Made by a program: the position numbers and the translations under genes. A stretch of DNA of 64,000 bases from Rivularia sp. (in: cyanobacteria) (GTDB taxonomy: Bacteria; Cyanobacteriota; Cyanobacteriia; Cyanobacteriales; Nostocaceae): NCBI GenBank assembly GCA_965234645.1, contig OZ248344.1:3485673-3549672 (forward strand), read 5' to 3'. Below are positions 63,496-64,000 of the stretch, in pieces; positions within the stretch are counted from its first letter, which is position 1; every line of letters starts with the position of its first letter. The notes beneath the pieces are model-generated. The model did no database searches, was not told where the DNA came from, and saw only the letters and a list, made by a program, of their open reading frames with translations.

Positions 63496-64000
63496 ATGAA
63501 CAATTCTCCTGCCAACCATAGTGCAGATAAATTGATATCTAATACCCAAAAAGAAAAAGAAGATGAATTAAAATTGCGATCGCCAGTTGGAAGCGATTTC
63601 GATAAAAGGATGATGCAGCGCTGTTTGGAACTGGCTCGTCGTGCTTTGGGACGTACTTCACCAAATCCAATGGTAGGAGCGGTTATTGTTAAAGATGGCG
63701 AAATTATTGGAGAAGGTTTTCATCCCCGCGCTGGCGAACCTCATGCGGAAGTTTTCGCGCTCAGAGCCGCTGGGGAAAATGCTCGTGGAGCCACTATTTA
63801 TGTCAGCTTAGAACCCTGCAATCACCACGGACGTACTCCCCCCTGTTCTGAAGCTTTGGTTGCCGCTGGTGTGGCAAAAGTTGTAATAGGTATGGTAGAT
63901 CCAAATCCGCTAGTCGCCGGAGGTGGAATTAACCGTTTACAAAGTGCTGGAATAGAAGTACTTTCCGGAGTAGAAGAAGAAGCTTGTCGCAAGTTGAATG
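63496..64000 (+). CDS. ribD: Riboflavin biosynthesis deaminase/reductase RibD (partial, runs off the window)
   Basis: TSPNPMVGAV, HAEVFAL, SLEPCNHHGRTPPC. Confidence 0.95.
   Translation, partial: MNNSPANHSADKLISNTQKEKEDELKLRSPVGSDFDKRMMQRCLELARRALGRTSPNPMVGAVIVKDGEIIGEGFHPRAGEPHAEVFALRAAGENARGATIYVSLEPCNHHGRTPPCSEALVAAGVAKVVIGMVDPNPLVAGGGINRLQSAGIEVLSGVEEEACRKLN

Overview
AT-rich cyanobacterial chromosome segment with many HIP1 (GCGATCGC) sites and STRR-type heptamer/octamer repeats. hetZ-patU, amiC1-amiC2-murI and psaF-psaJ-psaL indicate a heterocyst-forming Nostocales strain (inference). (1) 1-4020 is the right end of a BREX defence island: probable pglZ tail, brxL, and brxA on the opposite strand. 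It ends at a displaced 3' half of tRNA-Phe flanked on both sides by integrase arm-like repeats, followed by a truncated integrase. (2) 4.3-17.3 kb is mostly housekeeping (rqcH, PEP-CTERM protein, sucrose-phosphate synthase, RRM protein, degenerate M48, prfC, hemB). (3) 17.6-25.7 kb is an accessory patch. It holds two TnpA-less TnpB elements. One splits an araC relic at a base-resolvable site, and its left junction spells GTG-RGSGR on the minus strand. The other carries an unlisted 43-aa RHH-like gene. The patch also has a GC-richer ECF sigma/RskA/unknown ORF/fasciclin module with two near-identical 44-bp ECF-type promoters, a truncated copper chaperone and an orphaned Phd antitoxin. (4) 25.8-64 kb is core genome (pdhB, secDF, tsaC, prmC, tic22, tRNA-Pro, tsaD, psaFJL, gmk, remA, patU, hetZ, sds, murI, amiC2/amiC1, ssb, mreBCD, ribD), with a HetR-box match inside the ORF divergent from hetZ and a decayed Na+/H+ antiporter. 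All family calls are by eye from motifs; no searches were run.
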